Of a stretch of 64,000 nt of DNA, positions 52,209 through 64,000 are shown in pieces. The notes below the pieces were generated by a model. It saw only the letters and a program-made list of their open reading frames with translations, made no database searches and was not told the DNA's origin. Position 1 is the stretch's first letter, and the number at the start of each line of letters is the position of its first letter. The position numbers and the translations under genes were made by a program. The DNA comes from Macrostomum lignano (Eukaryota): assembly GCA_002269645.1 (NCBI GenBank), contig NIVC01003527.1:1-64000 (forward strand), written 5' to 3'.

Positions 52209-55200
52209 GTCTGTCTGTCTGTCTCTGTCTGTCTGTCTGTCTGTCTATCTGTCTGTCTGTCTGTCTGTCTGTCTCTGTCTGTCTGTCTCTGTCTGTCTGT
52301 CTTAGTGTCTGTCTGTCTTAGTGTCTGTCTTTGAACTCTTATTTCCGCAATCCCCCCCCAGTTGATCACCTGTGCAAGGCTTTACCCAGATGCATAAAGG
52401 TATGCACTAAATCATATTTACATGGAGGTGATTCCCCAGTGTTATCGTTAAGCAAACTGCCCCTCAGTCTTCAGATCTCGGCACTGACAGCAGCCCCGCA
52501 CAGATTAGAAGAAGTTTCCCTGAACTAATCCTCTATTATGTCATAAATTCTCATTTAGTCATATTTTTCCAAAGAAGACGCAATCTCATTCGTACATCAC
52601 GTGCTTTATGATTGCTTTGATAAGAATAAAAATGGGATACTGAAGCCCTGACTTGCCCGTAGTAGAATTGCCAGCTCGCCTATGAATCCACCTCCATGTT
52701 GAAATTCATCCAGATCCAGTCTATTACTACTATTTCAAGTCAAAACACACTGGGTTACGGACATTGGAAGTGCGCTGGTATGCGTTTTATAGTTCCACTT
52801 GGAGCTGCAAGCATAGCCAAGTAAGTAAAACTAGTCTGGCTGTAATTGATGGTCGCGTCTGGGACCATAGCCGATCTGTTTTACTCCCACTAACAGAATT
52901 TATCAATCAGTCGGGACAAAAGTACAAAATGTACTGCGAATCTACAAGCTTGACGATGACGATGCGGGCTGCCTTTTTGTCTGACTACTTGACTGCTTTC
53001 ACTGGTCTACTGGTTTACTGGTTTTAGGGGGTTGGTGTTTTGGGGGGTCGGTGTTTTGGGGCTGGTGTTTTGGGGCTGGTGTTTTGGGGCTGGTGTTTTG
53101 GGGCTGGTGTTTTGGATCTGGTGTTTTGGGGCTGGTGTTTTGGGGCTGGTGTTTTGGGGCTGGTGTTTTGGGGCTGGTGTTTTGGGGCTGGTGTTTTGGG
53201 GCTGGTGTTTTGGGGGTCGGTGTTTTGGGGCTGGTGTTTTGGGGGTCGGTGTTTTGGGGGGTTGTTGTTTTGGGGGGTCGGTGTTTTGGGGCTGGTGTTT
53301 TGGGGCTGGTGTTTTGGGGCTGGTGTTTTGGGGCTGGTGTTTTGGGGTCGGTGTTTTGGGGCTGGTGTTTTGGGGCTGGTGTTTTGGGGCTGGTGTTTTG
53401 GGGCTGGTGTTTTGGGGATTCGTGTTTGGGGGGTTGTTGTTTTGTGGGGTTGTTGTTTTGGGGGGTTGTTGTTTTGGGGGGTCGGTGTTTTGGGGCTGGT
53501 GTTTTGGGGCTGGTGTTTTGGGGCTGATGTTTTGGGGCTGGTGTTTTGGGGCTGGTGTTTTGGGGCCGGTGTTTTGGGGAGGGTTGGGGTTTTGGGGGTT
53601 CGTGTTTTGGGGCTGGTGTTTTGGGGATTCGTGTTTGGGGGGTTGTTGTTTTGGGGGTTGGTGTTTTGGGGGGTCGGTGTTTTGGGGCTGGTCTTTTGGG
53701 GCTGGTGTTTTGGGCCTGGTGTTTTGGGGCCGGTGTTTTGGGGAGGGTTGGGGTTTTGGGGGTTCGTGTTTGGGAGGTTGGTGTTTTGGGGGGTTGTTGT
53801 TTTGGGGGGTTGTTGTTTTGGGGGATTTGGTGTTTTGGGGGGTTGGTATTTCTGTGTTGATGATTTGAGGGTTGTTGCTTTTGGGTGTTTGGGATTAAAA
53901 GTGTTGTGCAATCGTGCCCTTTTTCGCCCTCGTGCCCCGCCCCTCCCCTTCCAGTCTGCCCCAACCCCTCCCTTTTTCTAAATGATCAATGCGTACGCCT
54001 ATCACGCCACCTCGCACCACCACCCCATACCGTACATTTGTTCTTAAGTTATATTCACACACGCGTAGGACAAATGAAAAATATATAATGAAGTCGCTGT
54101 CTGGTGGGCAGCCCTCGCCCTTCCCCGCGTTTGGTCCGCCTCTGTTGGCTATTGAAGAAAAACGACTTGTCTACCATTGTCTACCATAAAAAGTGCACGG
54201 CGAACTCATGTGCCTATGTAACGCTGACTAAACTTACGTTGTTTCAGACTGTTCTGGAGCAATTATTTTGACAGAATTATGGGCTAAGCACATCAATCCT
54301 GAGGTATTAAAAGTTCAAATCGGTACATCAATCAGCTGACACCCAGTACTATTTTTATCATGAGTTCCCATACCAGTCACTGTTTGGTTCGCAGGTTTCA
54401 GCAAATTTCCTGAGCACCCCAACAGCAAACGGCTTTGATTGATGCCTTATCAATCAGTTTTATCTATATTCATATCTGGGAGCAGATAGTATTTTTGCAT
54501 AGAAATATTGCCCATAAGGTTTGCATTGAAAAGGGATTTATAAATTTCAAGGGCCCTACTCCACTTGAGTTTAAATTGAAGCTGAAGGATTTCTAAAATA
54601 TTGAAAGTACTAAACCCGAAATGGCAGACATCGAAATTCCATTAAGCTTGGTGCAGAAAATGGTAAACATTCTCACCTGGCGTAGAGAATCACCTGCAGA
54701 TTGCAGCAGCAAACTGCCAGAGCGATGCCAGTCACAACAGCCGCGGCCAGGCGGACTGTGCACAGCTGGCGAGCTCGGAACGGCTTCAACACCCAAACCG
54801 CTCGATCGACTGTCACGGCCACCAGCACCCAAGCGCTGATCTGGCTTGACGAGTAATTCACGAACAGGATCAGCTTGCACGCGGCGTCGTGAACATCTCG
54901 AAAGTGTCGCTCGGAGGTGAACACGGCGGCTGATAGTGATCGAGTAGTGGGGCCGATCAGCAGTACGAGGACGTCCACCGCGGATAGGCAGGTCAAGTAG
55001 AATGCGGTGCTGGTCTGCTGCAGGTGGCGGCAGCGAAGCACTCGCATTGTCAGGAGATTCCCAGCAATGCCGAACAGGGCGATTATCGCCGTGAGAGTTA
55101 TGTCGGCTGCCACCAGCTCCTTTAAGATTGCTTCTGTGCTGCCCGCGCCGGGTGGAGGTCTGTGGATGTTAATAAGTAGGCCTGGATGTGAGAGGGTTCT

Positions 55201-57064
55201 TTTGTGCGCTTATTTGAGCTGTGTTCCTTCCGGATTGACGTCACTTCCAGGTGAGTGAGCTGTGTTCCTACAGGACTGACGTCACTTCCAGGTGTGTGAG
55301 CTGTGTTCCTACATGATTGACGTCACTTCCAGGTGTGTGAGCTGTGTTACTACATGATTGATGTCACTTCCAGGTGAGTGACCTGTGTTCCTACATGATT
55401 GATGTCACTTCCAGGTGAGTGACCTGTGTTCCTACAGGATTGACGTCACTTCCAGGTGAGTGAGCTGTGTTCCTTCCGGATTGACGTCACTTCCAGGTGA
55501 GTGAGCTGTGTTCCTACATGATTGATGTCACTTTCAGGTGAGTGAGCGGTGTTCCTATAGGATCGACGTCACTTCCAGGTGTGTGAGCTGTGTTCCTTCC
55601 GGATTGACGTCACTTCCAGGTGTGTGAGCTGTGTTCCTTCCGGATTGACGTCACTTCCAGGTGAGTGAGCTGTGTTCCTACAGGATTGACGTCACTTCCA
55701 AGTGAGTGAGCTGTGTTCCTACAGGATTGACGTCACTTCCAGGTTGAGTGAGCTGTGTTCCTACAGGACTAACGTCACTTCCAGGTGTGTGAGCTGTGTT
55801 CCTACAGGATTGACGTCATTTCCAGGTGCGTGAGGTCTATTCTATTCTATCTGTCTATTCTAACTCTTTAGGAGTTACGTCAGTTTCAGGTGTTTGTGAA
55901 CTGTGTTAATTCTGGTTTTAGTCACTTCCAGGTGTGCGACTGTCACTCAAGTATTTCTAAAATATTGGAGCTGTTTAAGGAATTTAAAGAATTGAAGAAT
56001 TAGTTTTTTGGGTATTATAAATCTGCACAGTTCTTCGACTCCTAAGAAACTAAGCAATACCTAAAAGTTCAATTAGCTTTTGCTGTAAACTGTAAATTAC
56101 ATACTATTAATCAGATAGACTTACTCCACATCGGCCACAGGGCTGGTGGTAGCTTTACCCATGCTGGCTTGCTGATTGATTGGTGCTCGGATTTCACACA
56201 GAAAGAAGTAGAGAAGAAGACGGATTTGAGTATCCGATGCAGAGACGGACAGCAAGGAAGCTCTCTCAGTTAAAAAGAGATCCTACAGCTGAAGCAGATG
56301 TGGCGCTCCCGCTGCGCCAGCTGAGCTATAAATCCTTCAATCCAGCAGCACTGGGAAGCTCCGGATTGGACGAGAGGCTAAAAGTACACTGGGAGTAGAA
56401 CTTGCTCGGAAACGGATTCAGATTGAAAAAAATTCATCTCTGCCAGTGCCATATCTCAGGCGCACTTGTCGGATTCTCTGTCCTTCAGCCTTCATTAGTG
56501 CGCCACGCTCTGATCATTAATTCCCCGAACCAGTGGCCTCAGTTGGCTGACATCTAACATCTTTTGTGTGCTCCAATTGCATTGTATGCTTCATTAAATC
56601 AGCGGATTCCTGCTAGCCTGTGCTCATTCTCAGTTGCCATTATCTTATCGCTCTGCTAAGAGCTCGCATTCGTGTTGAAAAAGTCGAATATTTTTTATGC
56701 ATAGCGCAGCCCGTGCGTCAGAGAGAAAGCAAGCTAGAGAAACTCCGCCCAAAGCCAGGACTGACTCGACTTCTTATTCGTCTTCTGAGCTGGTAATTTG
56801 TTGAAGAAAAAATTCAAACAGACCAGATGGCACGAGATTTCAAATTCGGTCGTTCCTAACTTTGAAAGTTTTGTTGGAAATTTTTGGACGAAAAAATCGG
56901 ACGAAAAAAATGACTGCTGCTTCCGGAGCCAGAAGCAGACTGGTTGAACAGCCGGATCAGGACAAAGGTTACCCAAGTGTTGCAACGCCTTCACCACCGA
57001 GGAACACGCCAGAGCCGCGGCACTGGGAGCTGCCGAGAGATGACAGATTTCTAGCTGCAGGCAT
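51242..57064 (-). CDS. Rhodopsin-class (class A) peptide-receptor-like GPCR
   Basis: Confident exons 55159-54677 (TM1 GN, TM2 LSAVD, TM3 C..TVDRAV, TM4) and 51899-51242 (ECL2 Cys, TM5 GPF, TM6 LP, TM7 [15 protein letters not shown]), joined in phase 2. Tentative first exon 57064-56973 (MPAARNLSS..., phase 2, GTAACC donor). Confidence 0.88.
51920..52332. repeat. (TCTG)n microsatellite
   Basis: At the 3' end of a GPCR intron, about 20 nt from the acceptor. Confidence 0.96.
53020..53895. repeat. 14-bp G/T-rich minisatellite GGTGTTTTGGGGCT
   Basis: In the GPCR intron; opens ORFs in all six frames. Confidence 0.96.
55216..55832. repeat. 15 x 41-bp minisatellite containing TGACGTCACTTCC (CRE + ETS core)
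   Basis: Unit GAGCTGTGTTCCTACAGGATTGACGTCACTTCCAGGTGAGT; 10 of 15 units keep a perfect TGACGTCA by my count. Confidence 0.95.
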
Positions 57065-57159
57065 GTGCCGGGTTTTAAATGTACTCGTAGTTTATAAAGA
57101 AAATAGTTTGCGGAAAACAGAAGACTTTAACCATCTCTATAGCTTACGACCTAATGTAG

Positions 57160-57640
57160 CTGGCGCCCTTCTGTACACGTAGCTGGCGACCCAATGTAGC
57201 TGCCCCGCCCCCTCTAGCTGGCGCCCCTTCTGTACATGTAGCTGACGCCCTTCTGTACATGTAGCTGACGCCCTTCTGTACATGTAGCTGGCGACCCAAT
57301 GTGGCAGGCCCCTCCTCTGTAGCTGGCGCCCCTTCTGTAGCTGGCGCCCCTTCTGTAGCTGGCGCCCCTTCTGTAGCTGGCGCCCCCTCTGTAGCTGGCG
57401 CCCCCTCTGTAGCTGGCGCCCCCTCTGTAGCTGGCGCCCCCTCTGTAGCTGGCGCCCTTCTGTACATGTAGCTGGCGACCCAATGTGGCAGGCCCCTCCT
57501 CTGTAGCTGGCGCCCTTTCTGTAGCTGGCGCCCCGGTCTGTAGCTGGCGCCCTCTCTGTAGCTGGCGCCCCCTCTGTAGCTGGCACCCTCTCTGTAGCTG
57601 GCGCCCCGGTCTGTAGCTGGCGCCCCCTCTGTAGCTGCGT
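57160..57640. repeat. 18/19-bp minisatellite CTGTAGCTGGCGCCCCCT
   Basis: Direct inspection. Confidence 0.92.
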
Positions 57641-57982
57641 CCCCGTTGCCCATGTTCTCAATTTAAAAGATCAAACAATAACCAATTAATTCAGTCAGAA
57701 AATCAGTCAACTAAGCTTCCGGAAACAACCAAATTGCGGGAGCTTGGTCTATCATAACAAAACTTTATAAGGCTACAAGTACGCTTGTATAGAGCTATTT
57801 AGCTAGTTTGACTAGCTCCAATTTGAACTGGTTTTCAATTATTCTATCGTTGATTATTTCAGGCAACGCAGTTCAGCTGAGGCTCATCCAGCCGGGCCAG
57901 AAGCATGACTCGTCACCCGTGGTCTACCAGACACTCCTGCCAGTTCTAAGGCTGCCGCCTACCCAGCTATCGAGTCCCGGTG

Positions 57983-57996
57983 GTAACCATGGCAAC
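57983..57996. promoter_or_regulatory. Candidate RFX X-box GTAACCATGGCAAC
   Basis: Fits the established X-box consensus GTHNYY-AT-RRNAAC; lies between the divergent GPCR and DEG/ENaC genes. Confidence 0.45.
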
Positions 57997-58489
57997 CGAG
58001 CCAGTTCAACAGCGGCTGTGCGTAGCTTTCGCGGCAGCGGTAAGCAACCCTAACGAACGTCATACTTGATTGGATATGCGTTTTGATTTGTAATGTTGAC
58101 TACCAAGGCCCTCAGGCCCTCTAATCTTCACCATTCCATTATGAGTCAAAGCTGACATCCTCTTTTCCGGTTCTCAAAGGCGGAATTCCGATTTCAATCA
58201 TGCAGATACATCCGGGAACACTGCGACCGTGGGTCTCCAACGGAATCGACGCTCCCGCTACGCCAAGATGCACCTCGGCTGCGATCCAGAGTCATCAGAC
58301 TTAGTCACTGGCGCGGTGACGTCACTAAATTCGTGGGAGCTTGTGTCGGACAAACTCTGGCCTCAGGACCGCTCGTTTTCGTCGCTGCCAAGAGCTCTGC
58401 CACCAATTCGAGCTGACCAAATCAGGCGTCCTCGTAGGGAGATTGTTGTACCCGAAAATTTGGGAGAAGTAAGTGCGCGCTATTGGATA

Positions 58490-58697
58490 GTAAGTCTTTG
58501 TCTCGTCCTTACAGACACTTGATAATAAGTCTTTGTCTCGTCCTTACAGACACTTGATAATAAGTCTTTGTCTCGTCCTTACAGACACGATAATAAGTCT
58601 TTGTCTCGTCCTTACAGACATTTGATAATAAGTCTGTCTCGTCCTTACAGACACTTGATAATAAGTCTTTGTCTCGTCTTTACAGACACTTGATAAT
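58490..58697. repeat. About 6 x 35-bp minisatellite GATAATAAGTCTTTGTCTCGTCCTTACAGACACTT
   Basis: Direct inspection. Confidence 0.92.
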
Positions 58698-59065
58698 TTA
58701 AATTTAACGCGACTCTTTCAATTCATTGCAGATAATCCGGCGAAAATTGATGGACAAAACCATCTGGCCACCGTCTGTTGACAGTCGAGGCGCCATCGAG
58801 GACGCTTCCGATTAGCTTGGTTAATATATTATCTATTTTTCTACAAAGCTATGTGAAATATAAATGGCAACAAGCATTGTAAATAAGTAAATCAAACCAT
58901 TTTGCAATTATACCAATATGGCAAGAAAACTGCTTAAATTCTATGGAGTAAGTCTTTTTTTCATTCGTTCACGAAGTCAGAAACCAAGAAGGATACATTC
59001 ACCTTCAGTATACACAGGTATTTGGTACACAACACTATTGCAGAAGTTCCCTCAGCGCGCGTATC

Positions 59066-59510
59066 CAGGGGCGTCGCCATGGATTTTATGGTGGGGAGAG
59101 ACAAAGCCATGAATTTTACATGTACATGTACATGACTAAATTCCTACGTGTACATTTTTTGAGAATCGGTGTTGCAGCGCTCGTTTTGGCGGTGAAGGCA
59201 CTCATTTTGGCGCCGCAGACACTCATTTTGGCACGGCAGTCACTCATTTTGGCACCGCAGGCACTCATTTTGGCACTGCAGGCACTCATTTTGGCGCCGC
59301 AGACACTCATTTGGCGCCGCAGGCACTCATTTTGGCACCGCAGGCACTCATTTTGGCGCCGCAGACACTCATTTGGCGCCGTAGGCACTCATTTGGCGCC
59401 GCAGGCACTCATTTTAGCGCCGCAGACACTCATTTGGCGCCGCAGGCACTCATTTTAGCGCCGCAGGCACTCATTTTGGCGCCGCAGGTGCTATACTTTG
59501 GCGCCCTGAA
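59066..59510 (+). mobile_element. Second, right-truncated copy of the 15212-15772 MITE with its 21-bp minisatellite
   Basis: Near-identical start CAGGGGCGTCGCCATGGATTTTATGGTGGGG..GACAAAGCC, shared GAATCGGTGTT..AGCGCT and the same repeat unit; no right TIR. Confidence 0.85.
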
Positions 59511-61054
59511 ACAAATTTATTGCACGCCGCAGGTTTACCTACCATCGAAAAAGTATTTCAGAGCACAGCTTATTGAGAATATCAAAGGACCCTAAGAACA
59601 CCAGACTGCCAACTAAAATCAATCTCAAATCAGCTTGGAAAAAATGGAAACAGCCAGTGCCTACACTTTGAAGATTTTACTTCAAGCAGTAGTTCGTGTC
59701 AGTCAGTCAAAAAGCATACATGTAATCTGCACAAAGGTAATCTCGTGCCTAGCATCAGTTTTCATAACTAAATAGAAATCCTTGGTAATCTTCACATATG
59801 AACGGCTCCGAGTGTCAAATTCTGCCAGGCACAGAGGCATCATTGCCGTTGCTATTTCGTCAAACCTTAATGGATTCTAGCAGAGAATAAACAGTCATGA
59901 TCATAAACATTACTAATACTATTCCGTCTGTAGTGCAGCAGCCTTTTAGACAAGGTGAACTGCTCCCCCTAGGGAGTATCAAGGCTTCTTGAGACTCTAA
60001 GAAGCATCAACTCAGTTCACAAGACCTATTCACACACTTATCCGCGATAATTCCAAAATTGTACGTAGCAGCTTCTATCTACGAGGGATAATTCCATTCC
60101 TTACTCAAGTTTCTTGACTATTACTACTTATTATTATTAGATCTATTAATTAGCTCCTTCACTCTTTTCCCTTGGCTCTTAATGTTTCGCTACATAGAAG
60201 TCTTTGTTCAAGCCAGATTGATTTAGTAGAGAAAAACAAAGATTTTTTGTGCTAAGGCGAAGTGCTTACTACCCTTTCCGATGACTCATGGTCCGCGTGT
60301 ACAAAGTGCAAAGTGTTGTATACTCTGGTCCCGAATGGTGTAAACATGCCCATCTCCTGCTTCTATTTTTAGTACAGAAAAGCACGTGACTGCGAATACA
60401 TTTAGCATGTGACCTTGAATCACGCGCCCTATGCACAGCAATCAAACCTAATTTGAGACCTTGAATCACGCTATTCTTGCATGGCTTTCGGGTCCAAGTA
60501 AGAACTTTTTTCCACACTTAAAGCGTGATTCCCAATTGATTTCGCGGCTCTTGATCACCAGCTATAAATACGAGTATGAGACAGCTGAGCTCAAATTTTA
60601 CATCAGACCTCAACGTCTCAGGACGTTCTCTTCATTTAAGGTTTGCAAGTTTTTACAGGTTTGAGCAGCATCTGAGACCTTCTACGAGACCGATGGTCGC
60701 AAGGCCCTTGATATAAGATCTTTTGAGTCGGGATTATTTCAGTTTTTAGCGTTTTGTTATTTTACTCATAGAAATAGCGACCTGTGAAATACTTGTAGCT
60801 GCTTTTATTTGATTTTCTCGCTAGCTACTTTGTACATTTTGCTTCTTGCATTCGTGCGTACAATGAAGCATTGTATTTCGTTGCTCAATCTAGTCCAAGC
60901 GAATAAATAGTGGACCATCGGGCTGAGCTGTCGGTGTACGAGAGAGGGAGGGGGGTCGAGGTGGAACAACAAAGCGGCTTCTCAATCTGGCGATTCCACA
61001 AAATAGAGATAAATTTAGCGCAAAAAAGGTCGGGCACAACTCACTTGAGCTGCG

Positions 61055-63314
61055 ATGGAGACTCCATGCCAAGCAGCGGGACCCAACGGCGTCCAGCAGA
61101 GGCAGCAACTGCAGCAGAAACAACAGGACGACACAGGAAGCATCGCCAGCTATAGTCAGGTTCCCCGCATCAAAGCCATCCGGACTCGGGACATTTTTCG
61201 AGCGCTGCGCACCTTTGCCGCAAACACCACAGCGCATGGATTTTACCACTTGAACCATCCGGTTCGGTTCTTCAAAATCGGCTGGATTGTGCTCATCATT
61301 GCCGCATTCGTCGGCATCATTGTGCACCTGTCCATCCTGGTGGTGAAGTACCGGGACGAGCCGACCTCAACTAAGATAAATCCGCGAGGCAGCGTCTACA
61401 CGCCGCCGGACATCACCGTGTGCAACAGGATGATGTTCGCTGTTAGCAAACTGTTTGAAAAGTCTGGCGACAGCTACACAGTGAACCCGGAGTTCCAGCC
61501 CGTGCTGGACAGCGTGCTGAAAGTGCGCGAATTTCTCGAGGTCAGCGTCAAGAAGTATCTGCGGCTTAGCTACGGCAATTACGAATCGGACTCCGATCTG
61601 CTGCGGATTGAGGATGAAGGTGTCTATAATTTGCCCAGTGAGTGCTGGCAGATCAGCGCTGCGGCCCCGGGGCTTGTTGTTGAACGACTCGCAGGCAAGA
61701 GAGCCAACCCCTAAGGCACAGAGAGTGCACATGCCTGACGACTATCGAGTGTCGATCTCAAAGCAGCGACTTGACTAGTCTCAAGGATGATCACGTCGTC
61801 CCTGTCTCCCAGAGCTGAGTGACATGTTTCACCTTTGGTCCGCTTCAGTTTGCATAGCATCTCCCCATTCATTAACTGACTTTTCTGCCTCAAGAGACAG
61901 ATTTTTAATTTCTTGAGCAAAGTCTACACTGATATGTAATCTGAGCAAGAAATCTTTAATCATCTCATCATGGACCCTCAATCTCACCTCCTAAGTCTGC
62001 TTTCGGGACTGATTTGCTGCATGTACCTTTTCCATGTAATTAAGGGCTTCGATTGCAGCATCCAGATTTTTCACAGTTAAAGCAAGAGAAGTGAGCTGGA
62101 AAGACCTAGAAGAAATGAGTCAGCAAACTAAGTACCTAAGTACAGACTGTCTCAGAGCAGGGGGGGGGAGGCAGGGCACTGACGTGCATTAATGCAGCAG
62201 CGGCCTTGGCCTGTGCAGTTTCACTCAAATGAAACTGGTTTCAATTGCACTTAATTGTAAAACGAGTGAAATGAGCGCAGGCCACTCAGAGCCAGCTGTG
62301 AGCAGGTTCATACAACTACGTTTCTTTTTATTGCAAAGTTTGCAGCCTTGCTTAAAGAATACTGATACAAAACCTCTATGATTTTCACTGACCTTTCATA
62401 ACCCATTACTGATCCTCTATGAGCCATCACTGATTCATTCTACATGATCTTCACTGACCCTTTATGACCGATCACTGACTCTCCATGATTCTCACTGACC
62501 CTCCATGATTTTCACTGACCCTCTAAGATCCTCACTGACCCTCAATGACCCTTCATGACCCTCACTGACCCTTCATGACCCTCACTGACCCTTCATGACC
62601 CTCACTGACTCTCTATGATCCTCACTGATTCTCCATGATTTTCACTGACCCTCTAAGATCCTCACTGACCCTCTATGACCCTTCATGACCCTCACTGACT
62701 CTCTATGATCCTCACTGATCTTCTAATGATTTTCACTGACCCTCCATGACCTTCACTGACCCTCCATAACCTTCACTGACCCTCTAAGATTGTCCACCGG
62801 CCCTTCTATGATCCTCACTGACACCCATGACCCTCACTGACACCCATGACCCAGCACTAATCCACCATGCATGCTCCCCACAATTCATTACTCAGACCTC
62901 GCCATCCGGGACACCTACGGAGCTCCGTTTCTGTCGCGGTTCAGCGCCGAGCCCCGCCAGATGCTTCTGTTCTGCACCTACAGCTCCATCGCGTGCGACT
63001 TCCTGGACTTCAAAGAATTCGGCCTGTCAACATTCCCGTCCTGCATGACGTTCAGCCCGAGCAACTTTCTCAGTCGGCGGCCGAATATTTCTGTTAACAG
63101 CCTTGGCGAGCTGAGACTGGTGCTGTTCACGGACTCCTACCACCCCAGCCAGCTCGTCACGGACACGCTGCAGCTCCTGCCTGGCGACTGGTTCAACATG
63201 CAGGGCCAGGGCGGCGCGGTGGTCTTTGTTCACCAGCCCAGCACTTATCCCACTTTGGGAAGTCGCATTGAAGCGCCGGCCAGTAGGGAGACAATCGTGG
63301 ATATTCGCTATCAG
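61055..63314 (+). CDS. Second DEG/ENaC family subunit, 3'-partial (continues beyond the window)
   Basis: Exons 61055-61637 (FAANTTAHG, W in TM1, PDITVCN) and 62896-63314 (CMTF, ELRLVL, GAVVFVHQPSTYP), joined in phase 1. Confidence 0.9.
62380..62850. repeat. 20-bp minisatellite CTCACTGACCCTTCATGACC
   Basis: In DEG/ENaC intron 1. Confidence 0.9.
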
Positions 63315-63344
63315 GTTGAATTTGGCCTAAAATATTGGAATGAT

Positions 63345-64000
63345 CCACATTGACCCGTAACAATCCTAATGACTAAATTTGACCCAAAGGCTATCCTATT
63401 TACCTACATTGACCCAAAAGCAATCCGAATGACCCACATTAACCCAAAAGCAATCCTAATGACCCACATTGACCCAAAAGCAATCATAATGACCCACATT
63501 GACCCAAAAGTAATCCTATTGACCTACATTGACCCAAAAGCAATCCTAATGACCTACGAGTACATTGACCCAAAGGCTATCCTATTTACCTACATTGACC
63601 CAAAAGCAATCCGAATGACCCACATTGACCCAAAAGCGATCCGAATGACCCACATTGACCCAAAAGCAATCCTAATGACCCACATTGATCCAAAAGCAAT
63701 CCTATCCTAATGACCCACATTGACCCAAAAGCAATCCTAATGACCCACATTGATCCAAAAGCAATCCTATCCTAATGACCTACATTGACCCAAAAGCAAT
63801 CCTAATGACCCACATTGACCCAAAAGCAATCCTAATGACCCACATTGATCCAAAAGCAATCCTATCCTAATGACCCACATTGATCCAAAAGCAATCCTAT
63901 CCTAATGACCCACATTGACCCAAAAGCAATCCTAATGACCCACATTGATCCAAAAGCAATCCTATCCTAATGACCTACATTGACCCAAAAGCAATCCGAA
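63345..64000. repeat. 30-bp minisatellite ATGACCCACATTGACCCAAAAGCAATCCTA
   Basis: In DEG/ENaC intron 2, runs to the window edge. Confidence 0.94.

Noticed and set aside
52999-53981. Pro/Lys/Thr-rich extensin- or mucin-like ORFs
   Set aside because: A 14-bp intronic repeat that is open in all six frames.
59600-60520. Moderately complex sequence that might hide a decayed coding region
   Set aside because: Only short frames with no recognisable motif or splice context.

Overview
Eukaryotic (animal) genomic DNA. GC-rich exons sit in AT-rich introns, and nearly every large intron carries its own minisatellite. This architecture and the divergent DEG/ENaC genes resemble a free-living flatworm such as Macrostomum (inference only). 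Host genes recovered by manual splice reconstruction: AASDHPPT (+, first exon missing), a complete 4-exon DEG/ENaC channel (-), an intronless stefin/cystatin (-), GTF2H3/TFIIH p34 (-), an unidentified terminal exon ending 4 nt before the GTF2H3 ATG (-), a ZFAND5/6-type A20/AN1 protein (+), a rhodopsin-class peptide GPCR (-) and a second DEG/ENaC running off the right edge (+). The region from about 21.1 to 41.9 kb is an AT-rich, TAGGCCTA-enriched transposon graveyard. It holds a full-length Loa-like LINE (APE-RT-RNase H, 11-bp TSD, one in-frame stop in each ORF), several hAT and MULE-type MITEs with intact TSDs, and a three-level nest (hAT > hAT > LINE fragment). The most striking observation is a hAT-type non-autonomous family (TIR CATACATGCGCAAC, 8-bp TSDs) carrying a ~70-nt piece of 28S rRNA sequence near one end. 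The piece spans helix 69 and the R2/I-PpoI/Pokey target site, and all three copies seen are altered at the cleavage site. Most long ORFs in the supplied track are tandem-repeat artefacts.
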